Shown here piece by piece: positions 48,182 to 61,967 of a stretch of DNA of 64,000 nt; the first letter of the stretch is position 1; every line of letters begins with the position of its first letter. Origin of the DNA: Felis catus (Eukaryota); assembly GCF_018350175.1 (NCBI RefSeq), contig NC_058383.1, positions 25,732,001 through 25,796,000 on the forward strand, written 5' to 3'. Under the pieces are notes generated by a model. That model ran no database searches, had not been told where the DNA came from, and saw only the letters and a program-made list of their open reading frames with translations. The position numbers and the translations under genes were made by a program.

Positions 48182-49374
48182 TAGATTTTTGCTATTCTTA
48201 ACATTATTATCATTCTTCTTGTTATTGCTTCCTCTGAGCTCATCAAGAGGTGGATGATGTTTCTAAAGCACCCAGCACTGTTCTTGGCAAGTCGAAGGTC
48301 CTCAATACACATCTGTCAAATGAGAGAGTGAACATATGGAGCCACACGTCAATGGAGGGAGTAGGCCTCTATTTGAGTGGAACCGGCAGAAGGGATACCC
48401 ACAGCCATCCTTGGGGGCACTCCACTTCACGTGCTAGAGGTCTAATATCGGGATCCCCACCTAAAACCAAGACCTCCAGAACGTTGAGAAGTACAGAAGT
48501 TTTACTCTACTTTATCAGCCCGTATACATGACCTAGATCTCCCTAATAGCTTATAAACATTCTCCATGTGTTAGAAAATGCTCACAACCAATTTTACTAT
48601 GGGGGAGGTTCACAAATACCTGCAATACAGCCTAAAGGAAAGGGCATTTGGGGATCTTCTGGTTGGGAAGGTAAGGTGATAGTGAAACTGAAAAATAGAC
48701 TGAAAATGTATTCATGGGCCAGCAAACACCAAGAAGATTCCTTAAGAAGATAAATCTGTCTATGTGGAGTTCCCACTAGAGGAACCGTGGGCAGAGATTT
48801 CTTATCAAATCACAAAGGTCGTGACCAACCCTCTGAGGCTATCAAGAGATGGCTGTGCACCGTCAAGAGGAAAGCTGAGGGTAATCTGATGCAACGCCCA
48901 TTTTTAGCATTCCTTTTGCACAATACAATGTCTGACTTTTGCCAGGGAAGTCTGCCCACCTGTCAGGAGATATCAGCACTCAGGACAGAAATTCCGAATG
49001 AAGACAATCTTTTCTGTCCAATACTCAGATGAATTAAACACACCCCATTAGCTTTCCGCTGGTGCTCTCCTTTCAAGCCTGTTTGGGGGACCGTAATTTC
49101 CCCTCGCACACTTCATTTCTTCACCTTACGAGGCTTGGTGCAGAGGTGGTTCACAAAGTCCAATGCTAAAATGAATACACTTTTCTCAAGAGTGATCTCT
49201 TGGGGATTAACAAGCACAGCTGTTGAGTTCAAGGATCCTGGTACAAAAGTACCTTCCCACAAAAGTCTGTGTGTAAGTGCCTGTGTCGATCCCAGAGAAG
49301 GGCTTTTAAAATGGAACAGAACAGTTTGTTCTTCTTTGTTTTCAAATGCCTTCATTAGAGAGATAATTTAAGGG

Positions 49375-49775
49375 ATTCAGTTATTCACTAAAATATTTAT
49401 TATGTACCTAGTATGTGCCAGACAGTGTTCTAGGGGCTGGGGATACAGGATGAACAAGTCAAGCAACCTCTACCCTTACGGAGCTCACATTCCGGTCAGG
49501 ATGACAGGCAAGAGACAAACAAGTGAATATTCAGTATGATGTCAGGTGATTGGTAAGTGATAGGCAGAAAACAAAGCAAAGTAAGAAGCTGGAGAGTAAT
49601 GAGGGGGTGCCATTTTGGAAAGGGTGACCAGAACAGATATTCAAGAAGAATCCTGAATGAAGCAAGAGAAGGTACTGTGACTGAGAGTTGCCAAGTGCAA
49701 AGAATAAACAGCAAGTGCAAAGGCCTTGAGATGGGAGCATGCATGGTGTCCCTGATGAACTATATAAGAAGGCCA
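49375..49775 (-). mobile_element. L2
   Basis: tatgtgccagacagtgttctaggggctggggataca...gcaagtgcaaaggccttgag. Confidence 0.8.
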
Positions 49776-49786
49776 CCTGCTGGTTT

Positions 49787-50011
49787 GTTTTTTTTTTAAT
49801 TTTTTTTTCAACGTTTATTTATTTTTGGGACAGAGAGAGACAGAGCATGAACGGGCAAGGGGCAGAGAGAGAGGGAGACACAGAATCGGAAACAGGCTCC
49901 AGGCTCTGAGCCATCAGCCCAGAGCCTGACGCGGGGCTCGAACTCCCGGACCGCGAGATCGTGACCTGGCTGAAGTCGGACGCTTAACCGACTGCGCCAC
50001 CCAGGCGCCCC
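49787..50011 (-). mobile_element. Young feline SINE
   Basis: Diagnostic positions; TSD cctgctggttt. Confidence 0.95.
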
Positions 50012-50754
50012 TCCCTGCTGGTTTTTTAAACAGATGCCCTGGGATGCCTGGTTAGCTTACTCGGTAGAGCATGCAACTCTTGATCTAAGGAAGATGGAAC
50101 CAGTAATAATAACAGCAACAACATCAGCTAATATTTACTGTGGATTTACTATGTGCCTGGCACTGTGCCAAGGCCCAAATGTGGACTAACCATCCAATTC
50201 AATCTTCACAGGTGGGAACTATTACTATTCCTGTTTTTTGAACAGGAAATTGTGGTTCAGAAGTTAAATAACCCACCCAAAGTTATCAATAACCTGACAT
50301 ACAGATTCAAACAGATCTGTCTGCTGCTAGAGCCCATATTATTAACAACTGGCCATGAAGCATGTTTTACACAGAATAAAACAAGTCTTTCCACTCACCC
50401 ACAACATTTAAGAACAAGAAAGTTAAGGCTAATGATGAGAACTTCAAGTTCTCATTTGGGGGGGAGGGTCACGCCTACCAGCCCAGCCAGCTGCCAGAAG
50501 TAGATGAAATTTTCTCTTCCCCTAAGTGCAGAGCTGCAACTTGGAATTTCTGATGTCTGCATAAAAATATGGGAGGAACTACAAAACTTTTTCTTTGTAT
50601 TCTTTGAAGGGCCTTTTCATAGTTGCTTGGCTTTTATCCTGCACTGTTCTCCTCATCCATTTTCTACCTAACTTAAAGAGAAAGGAGTGGTTTTTCAGGG
50701 GGAAAATATCAAGTTCAATCAAATCAAACACAGTTGAACACCCATCTCTTTCTT

Positions 50755-51495
50755 TTCCTCTTATTGTGGTAAAATACACATAACATAAAATTTACCACCT
50801 TAACCATTTTTTCATTTTTTTTTAAGTTTATTATTTTGAGAGGGACAGAGTGGGGGGGGGGGGGCAGAGAGCAAGAATCCCAAACAGGCTCCATGCTGCC
50901 AGCACAGAGCTCAACACGGGGCTTGAACTCACAAAACTGTGAGATAATAACCTGAGCCGAAACCAAGAGTCTGATACTTATCCGACTGAACCACCCAGGC
51001 GCCCCACCACCTTAACCATTTTTAAATGTACTATGCAGTAGTATTAAGTACACTAAGTAACTGTTGTGCAACCATCACCACCATCCATCCCAAGACCCTT
51101 CACATCTTCTAAATCTGAAAGTCTGTACCCACTGAACACTCCCATATTTACCCTCTCCCCAGCCCCACAACCACAGTTATACTTTCTGTCTTTATGATTC
51201 TTACTATTCTAAGCTCCTCCTATAATGTGGAATCATACAGAATTTGTCTTTTTGTGACTGGCTTATTTCACTTAGCCTTAGGTCTTCAAGGTTCATCCAC
51301 ATTGTAGCACATTACAGATTTCTTTCCTTTTTAAGGCTGAACAATATTACATTTCATATATATAGCACATTTTGCTTATCCATTTGTCTACTGATGGACA
51401 CTTGAGTTGCTTCCACGATTTAGGTATTGTGAATAATGCTAGGAACATGGGCGTACAAATATCTATTCGAGACCCCACTTTCAGTTCTTTTGGAA
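50755..51495 (-). mobile_element. L1MA/MB-like 3' UTR split by a Can-SINE (50815-51005, minus)
   Basis: ttgtgactggcttatttcacttagc; SINE TSD accaccttaaccattttt. Confidence 0.85.
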
Positions 51496-51548
51496 CACAC
51501 ACCACTTTTTATTTAGAATCTTCAGAATGCTCTAAAGAGGGAAATGCC

Positions 51549-51771
51549 GGGGCACCTGGGTGGCTCAGTCGGTTAAGCGTCCAACTTCGGCTCAGGTCAT
51601 GATCTCATGGTCTGTGAGTTCGAGCCCCGCGTCGGGCTCTGTGCTGACAGCTCAGAGCCTGGAGCTTGTTTCAGATTCTGTGTCTCCCTCTCTCTCTGAC
51701 CTTCCCCCATTCATGCTCTGTCTCTCTCTGTCTCAAAAATGAATAAACGTTAAAAAAAATTTTTTTTTTTT
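51549..51771 (+). mobile_element. Can-SINE
   Basis: TSD aaagagggaaatgcc (right copy displaced by the next SINE). Confidence 0.95.
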
Positions 51772-51784
51772 AAATAAAGAGGGA

Positions 51785-52007
51785 GGGGCGCCTGGGTGGC
51801 GCAGTCGGTTAAGCGTCCGACTTCAGCCAGGTCATGATCTCGCGGTCCGTGAGTTCGAGCCCCGCGTCGGGCTCTGGGCTGATGGCTCGGAGCCTGGAGC
51901 CTGTTTCTGATTCTGTGTCTCCCTCTCTCTCTGCCCCTTGCCCGTTCATGCTCTGTCTCTCTCTGTCCCAAAAATAAATAAAAAACGTTGAAAAATAAAA
52001 TAAAATA
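51785..52007 (+). mobile_element. Young feline SINE
   Basis: TSD aaataaagaggga. Confidence 0.95.
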
Positions 52008-52427
52008 AAATAAAGAGGGAAATGCCAATATTTCTCCCCTGCCTTTTAAACTGTTGGCTGATCCAATGGGTTTTTCTCTAGTGAAGTCTAACACATGTGC
52101 TGTGAAAGGCTTTCTTTGTTCATGAAATCAAAGAGTTCTCCAAATCACTTGTGGTTTGTTATTTCTTGTTAATTAAGACTGTAACAGGAGAGCTATAGGC
52201 AAAATAATCAAACTTCCTCGCAACCCAAAAAAATCATTTGAGCCTAGTTCTTTTCTACACATAGACACAAGTGTGTGTAAACGTGCATGCACACACAGAC
52301 ACACACATACACACAGAGCCCTAAAGAGGCTGAGGAATAATAGTTTAATGATGCCAAATTTGAAAAGAGGAAAAGGGATCATGGTTAAATGTAGGGTTCC
52401 AAGTCTTTATTTAAATAATGTTTTTAC

Positions 52428-52598
52428 GGGTACTTGGGTGGCTCAGTCGGTTAAGCGACTGCCTCTTGGTTTCAGCTCAGGTCATTATCTCATGGTTCAT
52501 GAGTTCGAGCCTGGCCCTTACTTGGGATTCTCTCTCTCTCCCTCTCTTTGCCCCTCTCCTGCTCACGCTCTCACTCTCTCAAAATAAACATTAAAAAA
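52428..52598 (+). mobile_element. Can-SINE (internal deletion)
   Basis: Head, CT tract and tail. Confidence 0.85.
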
Positions 52599-53561
52599 GA
52601 ATCATTTATACATGTTTTTATCCCACTGTAAAAATAACATATAATTTTGTTTCTATCTATAAAAACAATAGATGATTTGAAAAATAAAAAAAAAGTAGAG
52701 GGCAAAAACATCACCCTCATCCCACCTCTGAACAACTACAATATTTTTTATATATTTGTTTCTTGTGCATTATCTACATGCACTTGTTTTAACATAATTA
52801 TAAACAATATATATACATATATATATAAGACATTTTATTCTTCCTTCACTTAATATACTATGGCAATCTCCATCTTGTCACTATGCTCTGTTTATTATTT
52901 TTAGTGTCGGCATAATATTCCATTGAGTAAATGCCCAGTCTTTATTTTATAATTACTACATTATTGAGTATTGATTATTTTACATTTTACTTAATCTAAA
53001 AGATGTCATACACTTTCATGAAGAAAATTCTGATCCTGTATCATAACTTTGGTCCTGGTAGAGCTTCACTTATTCAGCCTCCAGCTACCAGAATAGGCCA
53101 AGAGATATCTAGATATAACAAGTGGCCGCTCAATCATCACTTTTCAGGCTTCGTGAAGCCTCAGAGATCTGCTGTACTGGTTGCGAATGGTGTTCCCTAG
53201 ACAGAGTTGTGCAGTGTACAACCCACACAACTGGTCACACTGCCTTTACCTGTTCATACCCTCTTGCACAGTCCATGCAACTTCAACTTCCCTCGACATA
53301 CTTTAGGGTCCCAATCTCTTACTCTTCCTCTCTTCACTCTCCTGTCTAGACCTACAGCAGGGCATATTTGTCTACATTGCTGGTGCATGTAAATATATCT
53401 ACAGAGAGTCTCCAGCCTCTCTAGAGAATAATAAAGAAATAATTGTCAAAACTCTGAAAAAAGATGCTTACTTTTTGAGCCATCAATTCTACTTCTAGCA
53501 ATTAATCTCATAGAGAAAATCAGATAAGGGTGCAGACATATGAACAGGGATGTTTTTCTTG

Positions 53562-53777
53562 TTTTTTTTTTTCAACGTTTATTTATTTTTGGGACAGAGA
53601 GAGACAGAGCATGAACGGGGGAGGGGCAGAGAGAGAGAGGGAGACACAGAATCGGAAACAGGCTCCAGGCTCCGAGCCATCAGCCCAGAGCCTGACGCGG
53701 GGCTCGAACTCCCGGACCGCGAGATCGTGACCTGGCTGAAGTCGGACGCTTAACCGACTGCGCCACCCAGGCGCCCT
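53562..53777 (-). mobile_element. Young feline SINE within an L1ME-like remnant
   Basis: TSD ggatgtttttctt. Confidence 0.95.
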
Positions 53778-53974
53778 AAGGATGTTTTTCTTAATATATG
53801 TTACATAGTAGAGAAAACTAGAATGTCCAGCTATGGTTAAATAAATTATGTATTATAGAGCCATTATAATTTGTGAAACTGACTTATGTGTGCTGACAAA
53901 GAAGGATATTCCCAATATAATCATTAAGGGGTAAAAGCAGGCACAAAACAGTGATTATCATCATAATTTTGTTT

Positions 53975-54240
53975 TATTTTATTTTATTTTATTTATTTTT
54001 TTTTTAAGTATGTTTTTTTTTTAATTTTTTTTTTTTAACATTTATTTATTTTTGAGACAGAGAGAGACAGAGCATGAACAGGGGAGGGGCAGAGAGAGAG
54101 GGAGACACAGAATCTGAAACAGGCTCCAGGCTTTGAGCTGTCAGCACAGAGCCCGACGCGGGACTCAAACTCATGGACCGTGAGATCATGACCTGAGCCG
54201 AAGTCGGACGCTTAACCGACCAAGCCACCCAGGCGCCCCC
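53975..54240 (-). mobile_element. Can-SINE
   Basis: TSD ataattttgttt. Confidence 0.95.
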
Positions 54241-54579
54241 ATAATTTTGTTTTAAAAACTTCCTAATGAATAGGAAAAATTCTAAAGGGATGAATACATG
54301 ATTGAATTTTTAAAAACTTATATGTATTATCCTTTTTTCCACAATGGAAATCTATTACTTAAGCAATAAAAATAATATATGTGCCTAAGAAAATTTTGCT
54401 CCTTGGGGTAGGCTTCCCTTCCCAACTACGGGCAAGCCGATATGGGCCCCAGTCTTTCCCTGGGACAAAGTGGCATAGTTTCTCTGTACGAGTGAACCCA
54501 GATTTCTATTTTGTGTCCATATCCTCTTTAATGTGCAACTAATCAAGAGTCTAGAACTTTTCATCTTGAAAATTATCAT

Positions 54580-54915
54580 TGTCAGGACTCCTACTGTGAC
54601 AGAAACCCCTCTGGAAGAGACTCATTTGTACAGCTGAATCCAGATGTTCCACAGCCTTAAAGGTTCAGCTCCCTCCTGTCTCTCATGTCTCTCGCCTCTG
54701 CAGTCACTTCTCCATCGGGTTCTTCACACAGTGGCAAGATGTTTGCGGACAGCTGGGCCTCCCAGAGACCCCCATGCAAAGCAAGCTGCTGCACTGTGTG
54801 AACAATTGTAAGACTCCCAGAATGGAGTTTCACTAGGTGTGAGTGGCCTGATTTAGGTCTTGCCCATCATGAACTAATCCCTGTAGCCAGAGGGATACAA
54901 TATTCTAGTGTCCAA
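54580..54915 (-). mobile_element. Old MaLR LTR remnant (MLT1K-like)
   Basis: tgtcaggactc...tgaactaatccctgtagccagaggga. Confidence 0.5.
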
Positions 54916-55904
54916 GCCGACACAGACCCACCTGTGCGGTGAGGGGGCGGGGGACTGTCCGACTTTAAACACGCGCTCTTCGTTTACAGCAAGCTATTTC
55001 TCCTTGGGGGCACCTCATCCACCCCAGGTCATTGCACAACAGACAAAGGTATAAATGCACAGATTCTCATTGTTCTCTGCAGGTGGAGATCAGGATCTCC
55101 AATTTTTTTTTTTTTTTTCCTGCAAAGCCACAAAGGCGCTGCTGGAGCAACCTTGCTCTGTATTGTTCATCAAATGCACAAAAACGGTAATGATTAGTAG
55201 CCTTTGTGATTGTCAGTTGTCACAGTGCCTAGAGGGGAAGTTGATCCTGGGAAGAGGGAAGACTGTGTGCCACACTGGAGTCTAGGCTGAGTTAGACAAA
55301 ATAAAATAAACAAATGGGCAGAAGGCATAAAGCACCTGGAGCTTATTTAGACAGAACCAATATTCAATGGATTTATCTGGTCTCTCTGTCCTAAATCATT
55401 AAGGAAATTTCAATCCTTATGGCCCATGAGAACTTCATTTGAACTTCACAGGACAGCAGAGTTTTCTCTATTAATTGTTACCTATTCTATCCAGTATTTC
55501 ATAAGCAGAAGAACCATTGATGTGGCAGCTTATGACCAATCACACTTCAGAAAGGAGAGTGTCCAGAGGACCAGAAATCATTCACAGTATCCAAATGGAT
55601 TTAAAAAATTCAGTTTGCATGTTGAAACAATCTAGACTAACCATTACTCTAGTGTTCTGAAAGAAGGAATAAGAGCATGTCTCCTTTTACAGATGTGTTT
55701 AATATCTAGTAATAACTACCAGGAATCTATTTATATGGCTAATTATAAAGTCACAGCTACCAAGAATAGCTCAGTACACAATGCTTTTCATACCATGTGA
55801 CATTTCTTTTAATGTGGTTGGTTAAAATATATTTTTATGATATGTCCAGCTAGTTTTATGATAAATGAGGATGTCAGATTTCTGGATTTTAAAACTTCCT
55901 GCCA

Positions 55905-57010
55905 AGAATATTATTCAATCTTAAAAAGGAAGGAAGTTCTGGGGCGTGTGGGTGGCTCAGTCAGTTAGTTAAGTGTCGACTTCGGCTCAGGTCATGATTT
56001 CTCAGTTTGTGAGTTCGAGCCCTGCGTCCTGCTCTGTGCTGACAGCTTGGAGCCTGGAGTCTGCTTCGGATTTTATGTCTCCCTCTCTCTCTACCCCTCC
56101 CTTGCTCATGCTCTGTCTCTCAAAAATAAATAAACACTAAAAATTTTTTTAATATAATAAAAAAAGGAAGGAAGTTCTGACACATGCTACAATATAGATG
56201 AATATTAAGGACATTATGCGAAGTGGAATAAGCCAGTCATGACAAAGACTATACGATTCTACTTATATGAGTTATCTAGGTAGTCAAATCCTAGAGACAG
56301 AAAGTAGGAGGGTGGTTGTCAGGGGCTGGGGGAAGGAGGGAATAGGGAGGAGTTATTGTTTAGTGGGCACAGAGTTTCAGTTTAGAATGATGAAAAAAGT
56401 TCTGGAGATGGATGGTGGTAATGGCTGTACAACAATGTGAATGTGCTTAATGTCACTGAACTCTACAACTAAAAATGGTTAAAATGGTAAATTTCTTTTT
56501 TATAGTTTTTAAAAATTTATTTGTTTTTCTCTTTTTTTTCTTTTTTTTTAATTTTTTTTTTCAACGTTTATTTATTTTTGGGACAGAGAGAGACAGAGCA
56601 TGAACAGGGGAGGGGCAGAGAGAGAGGGAGACACAGAATCGGAAACAGGCTCCAGGCTCTGAGCCATCAGCCCAGAGCCCGACGCGGGGCTCGAACTCAC
56701 GGGCCGCGAGATCGTGACCTGGCTGAAGTCAGACGCTTAACCGACTGCGCCACCCAGGCGCCCCTTGTTTGTTTTTAGAGAGAGAGTGAGCATGAGTGGG
56801 GGATAGGGGCAGAAGGAAAGAGAGAAAAAGAGAGAGAATCTTAAGCAGGCTCCACGCTGAGCGGGGAGCCTGATGCAGGGCTCAATCTCATGACCCTGGG
56901 ATCATGACTTGAGCCAAAATCAAGAGTAGGAACGCTTAACCAACTCAGTCACCGGGGCACCCCAAAATGGTAAATTTCATGTTATGTATATTTTAGCATA
57001 TGAAAAAATT
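55905..57010 (+). mobile_element. L1MB-like 3' UTR with three nested SINEs (55941-56160 +; young 56530-56764 -; older 56495-56963 -)
   Basis: aaagttctggagatggatggtggtaatggctgtacaacaatgtgaatg; TSDs aaaaaggaaggaagttct and aaaatggtaaatttc. Confidence 0.9.
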
Positions 57011-57319
57011 TTGTAGGAGACTATATTTTTCCTTCATGGTGTTTAAGAAAGTACAAGTAAAGGTTTTCATTAATTGCAAAACCTTCATGGTAAGTGCAGT
57101 GAAACTACATGCGAGTGTGTAAGGAAAGAGAGTTTGTACAATTGCCAGCTATGAGGTAACACTTCACGAATTCCTGAAAATCCCTTTTTCTGGTCATAGG
57201 ATACCTCACTGTTATTCACAAATCCAGGCCCAAAATCAAGAACCTGTGTCAGAAGAACACATGGTTAAAAGGAATAAAGTGCCTTGCTTTGTATTTTTCC
57301 CCATAATATTCATGTGTTT

Positions 57320-57531
57320 ATTATTTTTTTAAGTTTATTTATTTGTTTTGAGAGAGAGAGAGAGAGAGTGAGCAGGGCAGGGTCAGAAAGACGGAGAGAG
57401 AGAATCCCAAGCAGGCTCCACACTGTCAGCACGGAGCCAGATATGGGGCTCAAATCCATAAACCATGAGACCATGACCTCAGCTGAAACCAAGAGGTGGA
57501 TGCTTAACCGACTGAACCACCCAGGCTCCCC
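57320..57531 (-). mobile_element. Can-SINE
   Basis: Full structure. Confidence 0.9.
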
Positions 57532-57544
57532 TCATTTGTTTCCT

Positions 57545-59548
57545 TATATAGAATTCACATAACATAAAATTCACCCTTTTAAAGTTTACAATTCAGTGCT
57601 TTTTATTCACAAAGCTGTACAACCATGCCCACTATCTAATTCCAGAACATTCTATCACCCAAAACAATGCCATTAGCAGTCACTCCCAGTGCTTCTCTTC
57701 CTCCAGTCCCTGACCACCACTAATCTGGTATATTTTTAAAATTTTTTTCTTAATCTTTATTATTTATTTTTGAGAGAAAGAGAGAGAGAGAGAGAGCAAG
57801 GGAGGGGCTGAGAGAGAGGGAGACACAGAATCCGAAGTAGGCTCCAGGCTCTGAGCTGTCAACACAGAGCCTGACATGGGGCTCGAACTCATGGATTGCA
57901 AGATCATGGCCTGAGCCAAATGGGACGCTTAACAGACTGAACCACCCAGGTGCCCCTAATCTGGTTTCTGTGTAAGGATTTACCTATTCTGGACATTTTA
58001 CTTAAATGGACTATGTGGCCTATTGTGTCTGGCTCCTTTTACTTAGCAAAAAGCTTTTAAGGTTCACCCATTTTGTAGCAGGTAACAGTACTTCACTCCT
58101 TTTGATGGCTGAGCAACACTCCATTACATGGATGTACCACATTTTATGTATCCATTCATCAGTTGGTGGACATTTGGATTATTTTCCACATTTCGGCTAC
58201 TGTGAATAATGCTTCTGTGAACCTTCATGTACAAGTGTTTGGACAGATGCTTTCCATTACCTTAAATATACACCTAGGAGTGGGAATGCAGAGTCATGGA
58301 GTGGTGGCTCAATTTTTAGATTTTTGAGGAACTGCCAAACTGCTTTCCAAAGTGGCAGCACCATCTTCCATTCTCACCAGCACTGTGTGAGCCCTTCCAA
58401 GATCTCTACACTCTCACCAACATTTGTTGTCTTTTGGATCCTAGCCATACTGGTGGGTGTGAGGTGGTATCTCACTGTGGTTTTGCTTTACATTTCCTAC
58501 ATCTTTTTATGGGTTTGCGTATAGTCTTTGAAGCAGTGTGTATTTGAATCCTTTGCCAGTTTTGTAATTGTGTTATTTGTCGGGTTGTGAGAATTCTTTA
58601 TATATTTGAGATATTGAGCCCTTATTTGATACAAGATTTGCAAATATTTTCTCCCATTCTGTGAATTGACTTTTTTATTCACTTGATGGTGTTCTTAGGA
58701 GCCAAAAGTTTTCCATTTTGATCAAGTCCGATGTGCTTTTCTTCTCTTGTTGCTTGTGCTTTTTGTTATGTAAACTGGTGTTTAATCCAAAGTCATGAAA
58801 ATTTACACCTATGTTTTCTTTTCAGAGTTTTACCGTTTTTGCATTTTAATTTAGGTCTGATTAATTTTGGATTAATTTTTGTATATTGTACGAGGTGGGA
58901 GTCTAACTTGATTTTTTGCATATCACTATTTGTTGAAAAGACTATTGTTTCCCCATTGAATGGTCTTGGCACTCTTGTTAAAAATCAATTGACCATAAAT
59001 TTAAGGGGTTATTTCTGGACTCTCAATTCTATTCTATTGATCTATGCCTGTCCTTATGCCACTAGCATTTGGTTACTGTAGCTTTATAGTAAGTTTTCCA
59101 ATAGAGAAGTGTGAGTCCTCCAACTTTGTCTTTTTCAAGACTGTTTTGGCTATTTGGGGTCTCTTATATTTTCATATGAAACTTAGGATCTGCTTGTTAA
59201 TTTCTGTTTAAAAAAAAAGGCAGTTGGGATTTTGATAGAGGTTGCATTGAACCTGCAGATCAAATTGTACCGCCATCTTTACAACATCAGGTCCTCCAAT
59301 CAATGGACACAGGCTGTCTTTTCTTTTGTTTGGGTCTTTTAAAATTTCTTTGCAGTTTCCAGCGTAAGTCTTGCAGTGCTTTTGTTAAATTTATTCCTAA
59401 GTATTTTATTCTTTTTGATGCTATTACAAATGGGATTGTTCTGTTAATTTCATTTTCAGATTGTTCATTGCTAAGTATGTACAAATACACTTGATTTTTG
59501 TATATTGATTTGGTATCCTGCAACCTTGTTGGACTTGTTTATTAGTTC

Positions 59549-59594
<46 letters not shown>

Positions 59595-59970
59595 TAGTTA
59601 GGAATTTCTGTATGGAAGATCATGTCTGTACAGAGAATAGAGATAGTTTTACTTCCTCCTTTCCAATCCGATGCCTTTTATTTCTTTTCTTGCCTAATTT
59701 CCTTAGCTAAAACCTCTAGTGCTATGTTGAACTAAAGTAGAGAGGATATCTTTGTCTTGTTCCCAATTTTAGGGGGAAAACACCCAGTCCTTTCTCCCTA
59801 AATATATTAGCTGTGGAGTTTTATGATCACCCTTTATGAAGTTATTGAGTGTTTTTATCATAATGTAATATAATCATGTTTATTAATTATAAATTAATGG
59901 TTAATTTATTAGTTATAAATAACAAAATCATTGGATTTTGTGTTCTGCATCCATTGACATGAAAACATGG
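57545..59970 (-). mobile_element. L1MB-like LINE, 3' UTR and decayed ORF2, with a SINE at 57735-57956
   Basis: ORF 59287-59523 contains IPFVIASKRIKYLGINLTK, typical of L1 ORF2; many stops and frameshifts. Confidence 0.9.
59550..59591. repeat. (TG)n microsatellite, ~21 units
   Basis: Read directly. Confidence 0.95.
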
Positions 59971-60189
59971 TTTAAATAAATTTGAAATTAATGAAAATTA
60001 TACTATAGCCTGTTTGTAAAAACTGTTCAGTGTATATAAGGCTACGGTCTCTCAAATTTTTCCCAGCTACTCCAAGTTATCCACTGTTGTCAGATTGCTC
60101 TGTTTCCCTTTAGATATTTTCCTATCCTTTGTGTGTGTGTGTGTGGGGGGGGTGTGTGTAGTTGTCAAAAATATACAGTACATTTAAAA

Positions 60190-60384
60190 AAATTTTTAAT
60201 GATTATTCAGTTTTGAGAGAACAGGGGAAGAGCAGTGAGAGAGAGGGGGACACACAGTCTGAAGCAGGCTTCAGGCTCTGAGCTGTCAGCCCAGAGCCCT
60301 ACACAGGGCTTGAACTCACAAACCACAAGATCATGACCTGAGCTGAAGGTGGATGCTTAAATGACTGAGCCACGCAAGCACCCC
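60190..60384 (-). mobile_element. Can-SINE
   Basis: TSD aaaaatatacagta. Confidence 0.9.
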
Positions 60385-60417
60385 ATAAAAATATACAGTA
60401 TGTTTTAATAAAACTGG

Positions 60418-60421
<4 letters not shown>

Positions 60422-60459
<38 letters not shown>
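60422..60459. repeat. (AC)n microsatellite, ~19 units
   Basis: Read directly. Confidence 0.95.
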
Positions 60460-60462
<3 letters not shown>

Positions 60463-60859
60463 ATTTCCTCCCCTTGGGATATCATCTTGGTCCCAGCAGA
60501 CAATCCAGTGTTCCATCTTTCTTTTAAGGTTGAGACCAAGTCCTTCCTTTTTTGTGGAAGCTTCCAAGGTCATCCCATATATCAGACCTCTTTTCCTTCT
60601 GGCAACAACTTAGGATCTTCCCCCCTCACTTGGTGACCTTTAGTAATATATTTTTAGCACAGGAGATGTTTGGGTTTGAACAACCTGAACTCTCACACAG
60701 TATACACTGACCTGTAAACATCTTTTGTACTATGAGGTACTATATCACTAGTGTGATGATGGTACTATAGCCACGGTTAAATTTGGGGCCACTTTGACAT
60801 CTTTTTATATGGCAGTGTTTGTTGGTGTGATAAGCTGAATTCAGCTGTCTTAAGGACTA

Positions 60860-61321
60860 CAGACAGTCCCCAACTTACGATTACACTTTATGATGGCATG
60901 AAAGCCATATGCCTTCAGTAGAAACTGTACTTCGAATTTTGAATTTTGATCATTTCCCGGGTGAGTGATATGCTATACAATATTCTCATGAGGCGGCAAA
61001 CCACAGCTCCCAGTCAGTCATGTGATCACCAGGGTCAATAACCAATACACTGAGGATAATTCTGCACCCAAACAACTATTCTGTTTTTCATTTTCGGTAC
61101 AGTATTCAATAAGTTACATGATATATTCAACAATTTATTATAAAATAGGTTTGGTGGGGGATGATTTTGCCCAACTGTTGGCTAATGTAAGTGTTCTGAG
61201 CACATTTATAGGTTAGGCGAAGCTAAGCTATGATGTCCAGTGGGTTAAGTATATTAAATGCATTTTCAACTTACACTAGGTTTATCAGGATGTAACTCCA
61301 TGATACGTAGAGGAAGATCTC
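60860..61321 (-). mobile_element. TcMar-Tigger non-autonomous element (MER47/Tigger5-like)
   Basis: cagacagtccccaacttacga...gatgattttgcccaactg...aaatgcattttcaactta; TA at 60858-60859 and 61322-61323. Confidence 0.85.
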
Positions 61322-61967
61322 TATGTTTCTCATGCTGTGTCCATAACACAGGCCCCCTGTGTGTGAAAGTCTTATTACTGCATGGGAGAATCAGGGACAG
61401 AACATCCCCTTTTACTGTTAACATAGTGATTACAATTTAGGCTTTTGAGTATGATTTGAAGAAAGGGCTTTGCTGTTTTAAAGAAACAAAATCTGCAAAT
61501 CACTATTTTATTGCATTTGGCTCTTACTGTCTCATTAAAAGGATCAGAAAATGGAAAAGTAAAACTGCTAATGCTAGTGTAACAAGTTCAAGTCTCACAA
61601 ATGAAATATGCTGACGGCAAAGGTGGAACTCAAAAAGCATGTGGAAGCCAGGAATCTTTCACCTTGGTTGGACATCACTGGACTTAAACTAACCTGCTGA
61701 TGTTCAATTACAGAAGGACAAAGACCATATGTATAAAATATGTAGGAAATGCTGAAAACCTATGTAGTTAAAAATTATATCTAAATCATGACATATCACA
61801 GAGGGTTTTATTACTGGCTTTTAACTCTTTGGGAACAAACTGCTCCTTATAATGTGCAAGTCTATTATTTAACCTTCACACTTGACTTTGAGCCCTGTGT
61901 TCACTGGACAATATTGCCTGAAACAGTAAGCTGCTTATAAGAAAGGACAGTCCCATTTAACATTTAA

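Noticed and set aside
59287..59523. Reverse-transcriptase-like ORF
   Set aside because: Decayed L1 ORF2 fragment with surrounding stops and frameshifts.
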